In this document: piece by piece, positions 45,449-55,490 of the stretch
Position numbering within the stretch: position 1 is the stretch's first letter
Layout: each line of letters begins with the position of its first letter
Source of the DNA: a virus
Taxonomy: Duplodnaviria; Caudoviricetes
Direction: 5' to 3' (one strand)
DNA length: 64,000 nt
Virus record (IMG/VR): IMGVR_UViG_3300010275_000472
Span: 6,276 to 70,275 of that record
Made by a program: the position numbers and the translations under genes
Notes under the pieces: model-generated
The model's database searches: none
What the model was told of the DNA's origin: nothing
Seen by the model: only the letters and a program-made list of their open reading frames with translations

Positions 45449-45599
45449 TGCCGAAGCCCGCAGGAAAGGTTTACTCCCTTCATCCCTGCGGGCTTTGTGC
45501 TGCCCGGCTGACACAGAGGATCACCATTCCCAACCAACAGCCTGAATGTACCAGCCGGGTCTCTTTGCTATTTTCTGCCGTCCATCCGGGCGGCTTTTT
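45449..45599 (+). ncRNA. Structured late leader or sRNA ending in a terminator-like hairpin
   Basis: Stems 45454/45495, 45503/45559, 45577/45594 followed by T5. Confidence 0.5.
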
Positions 45600-45625
45600 G
45601 ATTTTACGGCAAGAGAGGTGGTGAC

Positions 45626-46033
45626 GTGGCCAACGAAGAAAATCTCATCCCGTTCAGCGAACGAAGCGAGAGCGAAGCAAGAGAAAACGGCAGAAAAGGC
45701 GGCATTGCATCCGGCGTGGCCCGCCGCCGCAAGCGCTCCATGAAGGAAGCCGCAGACTACTACCTCAGCCTGCCGGAGACCGACCGCCGCCGGGTGAACG
45801 CCTTGCTGCGGGATGCGGTGGACGCCAAGGACATCGACAATCAGATGTCTGTGGTCATGGGCATCACCGAAGCCGCCAAGCGCGGCGATGCCCGGGCCGC
45901 AGGCGTGCTGCTCAAGATGCTGGGCGAGGACAGCCCCAAGACCGATACCGCCGCTCTGGATGAAGAAGCTCCCGTGGACGATCTGAGCAAGGCGCTGTTT
46001 GAATTGAGCGAGGGCAAGCATGGCGATGGGTGA
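45626..46033 (+). CDS. terS: Terminase small subunit
   Basis: ENLIPFSERSESEARENGRKGGIASG motif. Confidence 0.85.
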   Translation: MANEENLIPFSERSESEARENGRKGGIASGVARRRKRSMKEAADYYLSLPETDRRRVNALLRDAVDAKDIDNQMSVVMGITEAAKRGDARAAGVLLKMLGEDSPKTDTAALDEEAPVDDLSKALFELSEGKHGDG

Positions 46034-47258
46034 AAAGCAGCTGCAAATTTTGCAGTTCCGATTTTCGGATTACAGCTACCTGATCTGCGACGGTGCCGTG
46101 CGCTCCGGCAAAACTTCCCTGATGATGGTGGGCTTTGTGGATGATGCAATGACCCGCTTCAATGGCAGGCGCTTCGGCATCTGCGGCAAGACTGTGGACA
46201 GCGCCACAAAGAACATCGTGCAGCCTTACATGGCCATGCAGTACGCCCAGCGCAGCTACCGCATCAAGTGGAGCCGCACCGACAAGACAATGACGGTCTC
46301 CAAGGGCGGCGTCACCAATGTGTTTGAGGTATTCGGCGGCAAGGATGAAAGCAGCTACGCGCTGATTCAGGGCCGCACGCTGGCAGGCTGTCTCATTGAT
46401 GAGGTGGTGCTTCAGCCCCGCTCGTTTGTGGATCAGGCCATGATCCGCTGCTCCGTCACAGGCTCAAAGGTCTGGTTTTCCTGCAACCCGGCAGCACCTT
46501 CCCACTGGTTCTACACGGACTGGATCAAAAAGGCAGATGCCGGTGAGATCAATGCCCAGCACATCCATTTTGTGCTGCGGGACAATCCCGGCCTGTCGGA
46601 AGAGACCATCCAGCGCTATGAGCAGTCCTTTACCGGTGTGTTTTATCAGCGTTACGTGCTGGGAGAATGGGTCGCTGCCGAGGGCCTTGTATACCCCTTC
46701 TTCTCCGCCGGGCAGGACGCCTACCTCTTCCACGGCGATGCTTCCCACATCGACGGGCAGTTCTATGTGTCCATCGACTACGGCACGCACAACCCGTGCA
46801 GCATGGGCCTGTGGGTCATTCATGACGGAAAGGCCCTGCGCATCAGGGAGAGCTATTTCGACAGCCGCGCCGAGCGTGTGCAGCGCACCGATGAAGAGCA
46901 CTACGCTGCGCTGGAACGCCTGACCAAGGGCTATTACATTCAGGCCGTGGTGGTGGACCCGTCCGCCGCTTCCTTCATCGAGACCATCCGGCGGCACGGC
47001 AAGTACATGGTCATTCCGGCCAACAACGACGTGCTGAACGGCATCCGGTGTGTGGCGTCCCTGATGCAGGCCGGGCTTGTGATCATACACGAAAGCTGCG
47101 CGGCATCCCGCCGGGAGTTCGGCCTATATTCGTGGGACGACAAGGCCAAAGAGGACCGCGTCGTAAAGGAGAACGACCACGCCATGGACGACATCCGCTA
47201 TTTCTGCTATACGATACTGGCCCCGCTGATCCGCTGGGCAGACTGGAGACGAAAATAA
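46020..47258 (+). CDS. terL: Terminase large subunit, PBSX family
   Basis: DGAVRSGKT, IDEV, SCNP, IDYGTHN, NDHAMDDIRY. Confidence 0.95.
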   Translation: MAMGEKQLQILQFRFSDYSYLICDGAVRSGKTSLMMVGFVDDAMTRFNGRRFGICGKTVDSATKNIVQPYMAMQYAQRSYRIKWSRTDKTMTVSKGGVTNVFEVFGGKDESSYALIQGRTLAGCLIDEVVLQPRSFVDQAMIRCSVTGSKVWFSCNPAAPSHWFYTDWIKKADAGEINAQHIHFVLRDNPGLSEETIQRYEQSFTGVFYQRYVLGEWVAAEGLVYPFFSAGQDAYLFHGDASHIDGQFYVSIDYGTHNPCSMGLWVIHDGKALRIRESYFDSRAERVQRTDEEHYAALERLTKGYYIQAVVVDPSAASFIETIRRHGKYMVIPANNDVLNGIRCVASLMQAGLVIIHESCAASRREFGLYSWDDKAKEDRVVKENDHAMDDIRYFCYTILAPLIRWADWRRK

Positions 47259-48688
47259 TGTTCGACAAACTGCTTTTCTGGCTGCGGGAGAAAGCGCGGC
47301 TGCTGTTTGGTGAAAACACCGCCGTCAGCGCAAGTGTATCCTACAGCATGGAAAACGCGATCATCCTGTGGGCGCAGATGTACGACACCGGCGGGCCGTG
47401 GTGCCACGGCGGGAAGAACCCGCTGCACAGCCTGAAACTGGCCCAGAGCGTTGCATCGGAACTGGCCCGGCTGACCACGCTGGAAATGGAATGCCTTGTT
47501 TCCGGCAGTGCCCGTGCCGACAGCATCAACGCCATGCTGCAACCCTTCATTGCGGACCTGCGCACGCCGGTGGAATATGGCTGTGCACTGGGCGACATCC
47601 TGTTCCGGCCCTTCCTCGATGCAGAGGGCCGCGTGCAGATCGACGCCGTACAGGGTGACTGCTTCTGCCCCACCCACTTTGATAGCTCTGGCCGCATGAC
47701 CGGGGCTATTTTTTACGATCATCTGGTGCGCGGCAACCGCATTTACACCCGTCTGGAAGATCACGAGTTTTCCGGCGGCACGCACAGCATCACGGTCAAG
47801 GCATTCCGTTCCATGACCAGCGCAGACCTTGGCATCGAGGTGCCGCTGACCGATGTGCCGGAGTGGGCCGCGATTTCCCCGCACACCGAGTTCTCCGGCG
47901 TAGACCGCCCGCTCTGGGGCTTTTTCCGGGCGGCCAGCGGCAACGCCACCGACCGGCATTCCCCGCTGGGCGTGAGCGTGTATGCCGCTGCGGTCGATAC
48001 CATCCATGATGCAGATGAACAGTACGGTCGGCTGCTGTGGGAGTACGACGGCGGGCAGCTGGCCATCGACGCAGATGCCAATTCCATTCGCACGAACCCG
48101 GACGGCACCAGCACACTGCCTGAGCGCATGGAGCGGCTGTACCGGCATTGGGTGTCCGGCGGGCAGTACGGCTCCGGCAGGAACCTGTTTGAGGTGTTTG
48201 CTCCTGCCCTGCGCGATGAAAGCTACCGCCGTGGTTTGGACGCCATGCTCAAGCGGGTGGAGTTCCAGTGCGGCCTTGCCTACGGCACCCTGTCCGACCC
48301 TCAGAACGTGGACAAGACCGCCGAAGAGATCCGCAGCAGCAAACAGCGCAGCTACACCACCGTCAAGGACTTGCAGCGGGCGCTGGGCACGGCGCTGTCC
48401 GATCTGGTGTACGCCATCAACAAGCTGCTGGATGCCCAGTGGAACAGCGGCGCAGCCATTTCCCCGCCGGGTGACTGCAACGTCACCTTTGATTTTGACG
48501 ACAGCATCATCTCCGACCCCAAGGAGCGCAAGCAGATGTACTGGGGCTACGTTACCGCAGGCAAGTTCCCATTCTGGCGGTATCTGGTGGAGTTTGAGGG
48601 CTACAGCGAGGACGACGCCAAGGCCATTGCAGCCGAAGCCAAAGCGGACAACCACACCGAAGAGCAGCTCACCTTCGGGGGTGCCTGA
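47258..48688 (+). CDS. Portal protein, A118/SPP1-like
   Basis: 476 aa; SPLGVSVY, KTAEEI motifs. Confidence 0.88.
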   Translation: MFDKLLFWLREKARLLFGENTAVSASVSYSMENAIILWAQMYDTGGPWCHGGKNPLHSLKLAQSVASELARLTTLEMECLVSGSARADSINAMLQPFIADLRTPVEYGCALGDILFRPFLDAEGRVQIDAVQGDCFCPTHFDSSGRMTGAIFYDHLVRGNRIYTRLEDHEFSGGTHSITVKAFRSMTSADLGIEVPLTDVPEWAAISPHTEFSGVDRPLWGFFRAASGNATDRHSPLGVSVYAAAVDTIHDADEQYGRLLWEYDGGQLAIDADANSIRTNPDGTSTLPERMERLYRHWVSGGQYGSGRNLFEVFAPALRDESYRRGLDAMLKRVEFQCGLAYGTLSDPQNVDKTAEEIRSSKQRSYTTVKDLQRALGTALSDLVYAINKLLDAQWNSGAAISPPGDCNVTFDFDDSIISDPKERKQMYWGYVTAGKFPFWRYLVEFEGYSEDDAKAIAAEAKADNHTEEQLTFGGA

Positions 48689-50445
48689 TGCTGCCGCCGA
48701 GTTACCTCGACCAAATGCCGGACGCCTTTGTGGCCCTCTGGCGGCAAGTCGAGGACGAGATTCTTAGGGACGTGGCCCGGCGCATCGGCAAGATGGACGC
48801 GGTAACGCCCACCGCCAACTGGCAGTTATGGCGCTACCAGCAGACCGAGGCCCTGCGCAACGACGTGGTAAAGCTGCTGGCCAAGTACACCGGCAAGAGC
48901 GAAAGCGCCATCCGCAGGCTGCTTTTGCAGGCCGCCACCGAAGCCATGGCGCGCGAAGATGCGATCTATTATCACTACAACATGGAGCCGACGCCCTTTG
49001 AAGAGAGCGCCGCGCTCAACAATCTGCTGGACGCCGGTGCCAGGCAGACCTGCGGCACATGGCAGAACCTGACCGCCACCACGGCAAACACCGTCACAGG
49101 GGCCTTTGAGCGCACGCTGGACGCCGCATGGCTCAAGGTGAGCACCGGTGCCTTTGACTACAAAACCGCTGTCAAACAGGCCGTAGACAGCCTTGCAGAC
49201 GACATGCCCATGGTGACATATCCCAGCGGGCACACCGACAGCATCGAGGTGGCCGCGCGGCGCGCCGTGCTGACCGGTGTGAACCAAACCGCAGGCAAGC
49301 TGCAAGTGGCCCGGGCCGACGAGATTGGTGTGGAGTTTTTCGAGACGGCGGCCCATGGCGGTGCCCGTCCTTCCCATGCCGCATGGCAGGGCAGGCGCTT
49401 CCATCGCGGCGGTGCGGTGGATTACAAGGGCAGGCACTACCCGGATTTTGAAACCGCCACCGGCTACGGCACCGGCGCAGGTCTGTGCGGCTGGAACTGC
49501 CGCCACACCTTTTTCGCGGTGTTCCCCGAACTGGGCGACCCACCCCAATGGACGCGGGAAGAACTGGAAGCCCTCAACGCCCGGAACATCGAATACAACG
49601 GCAAAAAGTACACCGCCTATGAAATCAGCCAGATGCAGCGTGCCAGAGAGCGGAACGTCCGCCGCTGGAAAAAGCGGTATCTGGCCGAAGATGCTGCCGG
49701 GCTGGACACCACCGACGCCGCGGTACGCCTGAAAGCGGCCCGCCAGAGCCTTGCAGAGTTTGCACAGGCCACCGGCGGCAGAGTGGACAGCGCCCGCACC
49801 AGCGTGCCGAAGTTTGGCAGGAGCGAAGCGAGCAGGGCAAGTGCACAGGCGCGAAAGGTAGCGCAGCCGAAGGTTCAAAGTACACGAGGAAGCGGCGGCG
49901 CATCTGGACAGAATGGAAAAACCGTGCGTAAAGTTTTGGGAAAGGTCGATACGACCAACACGAAACAGGTTGACGCGCTTAAAAATTCGTTCTGTTCTGG
50001 CTATGCAAAATCTGACGTTGAGCATATGATGGTCATTACAAAAGATGGCGAAGTCCATTATATGACCGACAACAATCCCAGAGGGGTTGACTGTTCGTAT
50101 CTGGGTGGTAAACTGAAAGGCAGTTACAACATTCACACGCACCCACCCAAAACAACGCAATATTCTTTTAGCACAGACGCAGATATCCCCGGCGCATTCG
50201 CTGACGGTACTGCTGTCATGGAAGCGGTTGACTACAAATACCGCTATCGTTTTGTTGTACCTGAAAATATCACGTTTGAGCAGTGGGAAGCCGTGTGTGA
50301 GGAAGTTCGCGAGGAGCGAAATGCCGTAATGGAAAGCAGAGGGTATGGCTTCGATGATTATGAAGAAAATATCCAGCATGTCATTATTGACGAAACATGC
50401 CGCAGACTTGGCTTGAAGTGTTATCACAGGGAGAAGCGAACATGA
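48688..50445 (+). CDS. Minor capsid protein (MuF3/min_cap2-type) with C-terminal JAB/MPN-like domain
   Basis: AHGGARPSH, WQGR, GLCGWNCRH; AT-richer extension with VEH...HTHP...SFSTDAD. Confidence 0.85.
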   Translation: MLPPSYLDQMPDAFVALWRQVEDEILRDVARRIGKMDAVTPTANWQLWRYQQTEALRNDVVKLLAKYTGKSESAIRRLLLQAATEAMAREDAIYYHYNMEPTPFEESAALNNLLDAGARQTCGTWQNLTATTANTVTGAFERTLDAAWLKVSTGAFDYKTAVKQAVDSLADDMPMVTYPSGHTDSIEVAARRAVLTGVNQTAGKLQVARADEIGVEFFETAAHGGARPSHAAWQGRRFHRGGAVDYKGRHYPDFETATGYGTGAGLCGWNCRHTFFAVFPELGDPPQWTREELEALNARNIEYNGKKYTAYEISQMQRARERNVRRWKKRYLAEDAAGLDTTDAAVRLKAARQSLAEFAQATGGRVDSARTSVPKFGRSEASRASAQARKVAQPKVQSTRGSGGASGQNGKTVRKVLGKVDTTNTKQVDALKNSFCSGYAKSDVEHMMVITKDGEVHYMTDNNPRGVDCSYLGGKLKGSYNIHTHPPKTTQYSFSTDADIPGAFADGTAVMEAVDYKYRYRFVVPENITFEQWEAVCEEVREERNAVMESRGYGFDDYEENIQHVIIDETCRRLGLKCYHREKRT

Positions 50446-50639
50446 TTTATACTCTGGAACAGATTGACCAGCTCACAAAGGAAAGCGTCCGGCGTGAAAA
50501 TGCGCTCATTGCTGAATATCGGCGTACACATACAGTCCCCGGCAGAGGGGTTATTTCTACTCCCGAAATTGATGCCGAGCGTGCAGAGCAAAAGCGTCTG
50601 TATGGGGAATACCTCAAAGCTCTTGCCAATAAGGATTAA
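50442..50639 (+). CDS. Small protein, candidate immunity partner
   Basis: 65 aa, ATGA-coupled, same AT-rich patch. Confidence 0.65.
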   Translation: MIYTLEQIDQLTKESVRRENALIAEYRRTHTVPGRGVISTPEIDAERAEQKRLYGEYLKALANKD

Positions 50640-50694
50640 CCACCATCCCATCCGGACGGTGGTTTTCTTTTGCCCATTTTTCAGGAGGCACACT

Positions 50695-50844
50695 ATGGTT
50701 ACTACGGTTCTTATTGTTCTGATGATCCTTGCCCTGCTTGAGATCGTTCTTCTGAACGGTGCCCGGCTGTTCTTCATGATCGTATCTGCCATTCAGACCG
50801 CGCAGGACGACAAATACACGCCGCACCCGCACCCCAAAAAGTAA
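50695..50844 (+). CDS. 49-aa single-TM peptide
   Basis: CAGGAGG RBS; MVTTVLIVLMILALLEIVLL. Confidence 0.55.
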   Translation: MVTTVLIVLMILALLEIVLLNGARLFFMIVSAIQTAQDDKYTPHPHPKK

Positions 50845-50916
50845 GCTTTCATTCACGGAAATCCCCCATTTTAACCACTGTATGCCCCTCAAAAGGCACA
50901 ACAGTGGTTTTTTTAT

Positions 50917-50993
50917 GCCGTTTTAGCTCATGTTGGCAGAGCACCGGACTTTTAATCCGGGGGCGGCGGGTTCAACTCCCGCAAGCGGCACCA
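50917..50993 (+). tRNA. tRNA-Lys(UUU), phage-encoded
   Basis: Full cloverleaf: acceptor GCCGTTT/AAGCGGC, D GCTC/GAGC, anticodon stem CCGGA/TCCGG with CT-TTT-AA, T arm GCGGG-TTCAACT-CCCGC, encoded CCA. Confidence 0.9.
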
Positions 50994-51102
50994 CAGCGGA
51001 AGGCGGCGCGTACCCCGTCTTGTCCCGTGCGGAATGAGAACCGCGATACAAAACAGCAGGGACTTATCCACCCAACAGACAAAAGAAAGGAGCACATCGC
51101 AA

Positions 51103-51642
51103 GTGAAACGCGAAGATGTGAGCAAGATCATTCCGGGTATCACTCAGGACCAGCTGGACAGCATCATGAACCTGCACGGCGCGGATATCACGGCCAAGGT
51201 GAACGAGATCACCACCCTCAAGGCCGAGAAAACCACCCTGACCGAGCAGCTGAACACTGCAAACGGCAAGCTGGAAGGCTACGATCCTGAGTGGAAGGCC
51301 AAGGCCGAACAGGCAAAGACCGATGCTGCCGCGCAGGTGGCTGCCCTTGAGAAGGGCTATGCGCTGGAACGCAAGGCTTCCGGGCTGAAATTTTCCAGCG
51401 AGAGCGCCCGCAAGGCGTTCCTTGCCGAGGCAAAGGCCCAGAATTTTGCTATGAAGGACGGCGAGATTCTGGGCTTTGATGACTATGTCAAGACCTTCAA
51501 ATCCGCAGACCCCAGCGCCATTCTGCCGGACGGCGGCATGGTACAGTTTTCCACATCCGCACCGGGCGGCAACCGCCAGCCCGCAAACGAACATGAGGCC
51601 GCAAATGCTGCATTCCGTGCAGCGTTCGGCCAGAAAGGTTGA
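51103..51642 (+). CDS. Scaffolding protein (GP20-like)
   Basis: GTG start, coiled coil, directly before capsid. Confidence 0.85.
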   Translation: MKREDVSKIIPGITQDQLDSIMNLHGADITAKVNEITTLKAEKTTLTEQLNTANGKLEGYDPEWKAKAEQAKTDAAAQVAALEKGYALERKASGLKFSSESARKAFLAEAKAQNFAMKDGEILGFDDYVKTFKSADPSAILPDGGMVQFSTSAPGGNRQPANEHEAANAAFRAAFGQKG

Positions 51643-51647
51643 TTCTT

Positions 51648-52580
51648 ATGGCTATTGATGCAATCGCCCGCAATAAGGCTGAGGCCCTGATCCGGGAGCA
51701 GCTTGTGAACACCATCCAGCAGGACGTGCCCAAAAGCTCCATCGTGATGCAGCTTGGCACCCGCCTTGCAAACATGACCTCTAACCAGACCAAGATCCCC
51801 GTGCTGTCCATGCTGCCGCTGGCTTACTGGGTCAACGGTGACACCGGCATGAAAAAGACCAGCAAGCAGGAATGGGACAATGTGTACATGACCGCTGCAG
51901 AGCTGGCTGTCATCGTGCCCGTGCCCGAAGCTGTGCTGGCAGACTCCAGCTTTGACATCATGGGCGAGGTACAGCCCCGCGTCCGTGAAGCCATGGGCGC
52001 AAAGATCGACAACGCCATCCTGTTCGGCGGCGAGCGCCCCACCGAGTGGACGACCGATGTTCTGACCCTTGCGGCAAAGAACAAAGTCACCGGCCCCATC
52101 GACTACGCAAAGCTGCTGGGCAAGGACGGTCTGTTCTCCAAGGTGGAGGCTGGCGGCTTCGGCGTGGACGCCGTGGTGGGCGACCTGACCGCCAAGGCAG
52201 AGCTTCGCGGCCTTGTGGATACCACGGGCCGTCCCCTGTTCCGCTCCGATATGCAGGGTGCCACCACCTACGCGCTGGACGGCGCACCGATGTACTTCCC
52301 GGAGAATGGCGGCTTTGATGCTTCCAAGGCACAGCTGATCGCAGGCAACTTCAAGAAGCTGGTGTACTCCATCCGTCAGGACGTCACCGTGAAGCTGCTG
52401 GATCAGGGCGTTATTCAGGATCCTTCCACCAAGGAGATCGTTTACAACCTCGCCCAGCAGGATATGGTGGCCCTGCGTGTGGTCATGCGCATGGGCTGGG
52501 CTCTGCCGAACCCCGCCACCCGCCTGAACACCGACCGCTCCAAGGTGCCGTTCGCATTCCTGACCGCCGCTGCCGCGTAA
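51648..52580 (+). CDS. Major capsid protein (HK97 fold)
   Basis: About 310 aa; NLAQQDMVALRVVMRMGW. Confidence 0.9.
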   Translation: MAIDAIARNKAEALIREQLVNTIQQDVPKSSIVMQLGTRLANMTSNQTKIPVLSMLPLAYWVNGDTGMKKTSKQEWDNVYMTAAELAVIVPVPEAVLADSSFDIMGEVQPRVREAMGAKIDNAILFGGERPTEWTTDVLTLAAKNKVTGPIDYAKLLGKDGLFSKVEAGGFGVDAVVGDLTAKAELRGLVDTTGRPLFRSDMQGATTYALDGAPMYFPENGGFDASKAQLIAGNFKKLVYSIRQDVTVKLLDQGVIQDPSTKEIVYNLAQQDMVALRVVMRMGWALPNPATRLNTDRSKVPFAFLTAAAA

Positions 52581-52593
52581 GGAGGACTGACCC

Positions 52594-52965
52594 ATGCTCT
52601 ACTGCACCTATGACCAGTACGCGGCGGCGGGCGGAACGGTGCCGGAAACGGCCTTCGGTGTGCTGTGCAGCCGGGCTTCCCGCATGATCGATGCCGCCAC
52701 CTTTGGCCGGGCCGAGAGCCACGCCGCCGGGTGTGAGCGCTGCCGGGATGCCCTCGCCGATGCCTGTACGCAGATCATCGGACTGTTGGCCGCTGCATCT
52801 GCTGTTGGCGCTGTGCCGGGCGCATCCAGCACCAGCAACGACGGGTGGAGCGTCACCTTTGGCACCGGCAGTGTGAGCGCCGCCACCCGGCAGGAAGCGG
52901 CTGAGATCATCCGCACCGCGCTGGGCGCTGACCCACACGATCTGCTGTACAGGGGGATCTTGTGA
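52594..52965 (+). CDS. Head-tail connector
   Basis: YCTYDQY...ASRMIDAATFGR. Confidence 0.75.
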   Translation: MLYCTYDQYAAAGGTVPETAFGVLCSRASRMIDAATFGRAESHAAGCERCRDALADACTQIIGLLAAASAVGAVPGASSTSNDGWSVTFGTGSVSAATRQEAAEIIRTALGADPHDLLYRGIL

Positions 52966-53384
52966 TGCAGACAGCCGTTACTGTGGTGAACCTCATCCAT
53001 GACACCGCCACCGAAGCGGACACCCCGGTGTGCTGGGTGTTCCCGGGTTGCAGCTGGCGGGAAGTGCGCAGGACCTCTGACAACCGCTCCATCTCCGGCT
53101 CCGGCACCGCCAAGGACCCGGAGCGCACCACCCACATCCGCATCCCGGCCGGCATATGCACGGCAGGCTATCTGCCCTATGCCCAGTGGGCGGCGCTGTC
53201 TGCGGCGGAAAAGGCCAAGCACTGGACGCTGAAACGCGGCTGGAAGCTGGTGCAGGGTGCGGTGCAGAGCCTGACCGAAGCCGAGTATGCCAAACTCGAA
53301 AAAACGCACCTGTGCTGCACGGCGGCGGCTGTCTCGGATAACCGGGAACCGCTGCTGCCCCACTGGCATGTGGAAGGGAGCTGA
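52962..53384 (+). CDS. Head closure / minor capsid protein
   Basis: Neck position; C-terminal PHWHVEG. Confidence 0.7.
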   Translation: MMQTAVTVVNLIHDTATEADTPVCWVFPGCSWREVRRTSDNRSISGSGTAKDPERTTHIRIPAGICTAGYLPYAQWAALSAAEKAKHWTLKRGWKLVQGAVQSLTEAEYAKLEKTHLCCTAAAVSDNREPLLPHWHVEGS

Positions 53385-53388
53385 TCGC

Positions 53389-53763
53389 ATGAGCGCACCT
53401 GTTTTTGATTTTAAGATCACCTTCCGGCCCGGCTTTCAGGCCGACATGGACGCGCGGTTTGCAAGATTGCAGTTTGCTTTCTCACAGAAAGTGGCGGCAA
53501 CGGTAGACCCCTATGTGCCCTTTGACACCGGCACGCTGAAAAACAGCGTGAATCAGGCATCCGACTTCAAGGAAGGCCTGCTGGTGTACAATACGCCCTA
53601 CGCCCGCAGGCAGTATTACCTGCATGAACAGGGCAAGGGCCTGCATGGTAAGAACGGCCTGCGCGGCTCCTATTGGGGCCAGCGTGCCATTGCCGACCAC
53701 AAGGACGAACTGGAAAAGTTCGCCCACGATGCCGCAAAGCAGTTTCTGGGAGGTAACAAATGA
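53389..53763 (+). CDS. Minor capsid 2 / neck protein
   Basis: PYVPFDTGTL, YNTPYARRQYY. Confidence 0.8.
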   Translation: MSAPVFDFKITFRPGFQADMDARFARLQFAFSQKVAATVDPYVPFDTGTLKNSVNQASDFKEGLLVYNTPYARRQYYLHEQGKGLHGKNGLRGSYWGQRAIADHKDELEKFAHDAAKQFLGGNK

Positions 53764-54218
53764 GCGAGACCGTCAAGCCCACCATTGCCGCCCTGCGGGC
53801 ATGGCTGAAAACCTGCCCGCTGATCGCCGACGAGCAGGAAGCCACCGGAGCCGCCTTCCGCATTGCCGGGCTGGAAGAAGAATCCACCGCCTTTTCCATC
53901 GAGGACAGCCCCGGTGACCCCATCGTTACCGAGTACATCTCTGGCTGGGAAATGGCAAAGAATTACCTCTTCCTCAGCCGCAGTGACTACGGCGAGACTG
54001 ACGTGCTGGCCGTACAGAACAGCGGCTTCTATGAGCAGCTCACCGAGTGGGTCATGCAGCAGGATGCCCGCCATAACCTGCCCGACCTCTCGGCCTGCGG
54101 CGGGGGCAAGACCCCCACCGGCATTGCCGTGACGAACAGCGGCTACATCGTCACAAACAGCGCGGGCAGCTGTAAGATGCAGCTGCAGATGCGCCTGACC
54201 TACTACATGCCCAAATGA
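53760..54218 (+). CDS. Tail terminator-like protein
   Basis: Position before tail tube; QLQMRLTY terminus. Confidence 0.7.
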   Translation: MSETVKPTIAALRAWLKTCPLIADEQEATGAAFRIAGLEEESTAFSIEDSPGDPIVTEYISGWEMAKNYLFLSRSDYGETDVLAVQNSGFYEQLTEWVMQQDARHNLPDLSACGGGKTPTGIAVTNSGYIVTNSAGSCKMQLQMRLTYYMPK

Positions 54219-54231
54219 AAGGAGTTTTGAT

Positions 54232-54738
54232 ATGACCGTAGCGGAAGCTATTACCAAGTCCGGCATCACGCCCAGCGCGTCCTACACCGGCATTGAGACG
54301 GCGAACGATTTTGTGCTGGCGTTCCAGACCGACAAATCCAAGCAGAGCAAAGAAGCGGACTGGATCGTCTGCGCCGACCACGTGAAGGAGCACTCCGGCT
54401 CCCTGAACGCCACCACCGAGGATTCCCAGTACATCCGCACCGGCAACGTCACCGATAAGACCGGCACCCAGCGCACCCTTGCCGTCAACGGCGACCGCTG
54501 CGTGGGCGACGCATTTCAGGATTTTGTGCTGAGCCACAAGATCGTGTACGGCACCGGCAGTGATGTCATCGTGCCCTACATCTATTTCAGCCTGCGCACC
54601 GGCAAGGGCGAGAAAGGCAGCGCTGCGCTCATCGTCACCAGCGACGTGGGCGGTGCAGCCGGTTCCAAGGCCACCTTTGCCTGCGACGTGAAGGCCATCG
54701 GCACGCCGGAGGAATTCGATTACAACACTGCAACCTAG
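54232..54738 (+). CDS. Major tail (tube) protein
   Basis: 168 aa beta-rich; position in module. Confidence 0.8.
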   Translation: MTVAEAITKSGITPSASYTGIETANDFVLAFQTDKSKQSKEADWIVCADHVKEHSGSLNATTEDSQYIRTGNVTDKTGTQRTLAVNGDRCVGDAFQDFVLSHKIVYGTGSDVIVPYIYFSLRTGKGEKGSAALIVTSDVGGAAGSKATFACDVKAIGTPEEFDYNTAT

Positions 54739-54890
54739 TCCGCTGAGACTGCCAAGGCCGTCAAGGCCGTCAAGGGCTGATTTTTTCCCAACATGTCCCC
54801 GCTCCACACCGGAACGGGGATCTTTTATGCCGTGATTGACTCGATGCCGGTTTGAGTCCGGCACACGGCCCAACTGAAAGGAGCCAGAAC

Positions 54891-55490
54891 ATGGTTATTT
54901 GTGGACAGGAATTTGAGTTTTCCGCGCTGAATGCCAACGATGTGGAGCGTGTGGAGACGGCGCAGCGGCACATGGAAGCGGCATCCGACCGCGAGAAACA
55001 GCGCCAGCATACCGGCATGGCCGACATTCTGCGCGGCCAGTGCCGCCTTGTGATGCACTATCTGGATGAGGTGCTGGGCGAAGGCGCAGCGGAGCGTCTG
55101 GGGCTGGACAGCAACGATTTCGGAGCCTGCACCCGCGTGATGAAGGCATTCAAGGATGCCTGCACCGCAGAACAGGAGACCGTAAAACAGGCGGCTGCGG
55201 TGCCCATGAACCGGGAGCAGCGCCGGGCAGCAGCAAAGCAGAAAAAGGCCGTCCCCTACAAGGTCATTTCTACGCCCAAGACTACGACTGAGGACGCCTT
55301 CATCCGTGGCCAGACTGAGATCTCCTACGGCGGCGAGCCCGACGTGGCGGTTCCCGATCTGACCGACGAGCAGAAAACCGAGCAGCTGATCGATGCCCGG
55401 CAGGCTGTGAATGCCCTGCGGGACGACCCCGACGCCATGCAGCAGCTGGCAGAGTACGCTCTGCAGCTGGCATCCGAGCGCCATGTCTGA
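54891..55490 (+). CDS. Tail assembly chaperone
   Basis: Between tube and gp15-like gene; AAAGGAG RBS. Confidence 0.7.
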   Translation: MVICGQEFEFSALNANDVERVETAQRHMEAASDREKQRQHTGMADILRGQCRLVMHYLDEVLGEGAAERLGLDSNDFGACTRVMKAFKDACTAEQETVKQAAAVPMNREQRRAAAKQKKAVPYKVISTPKTTTEDAFIRGQTEISYGGEPDVAVPDLTDEQKTEQLIDARQAVNALRDDPDAMQQLAEYALQLASERHV

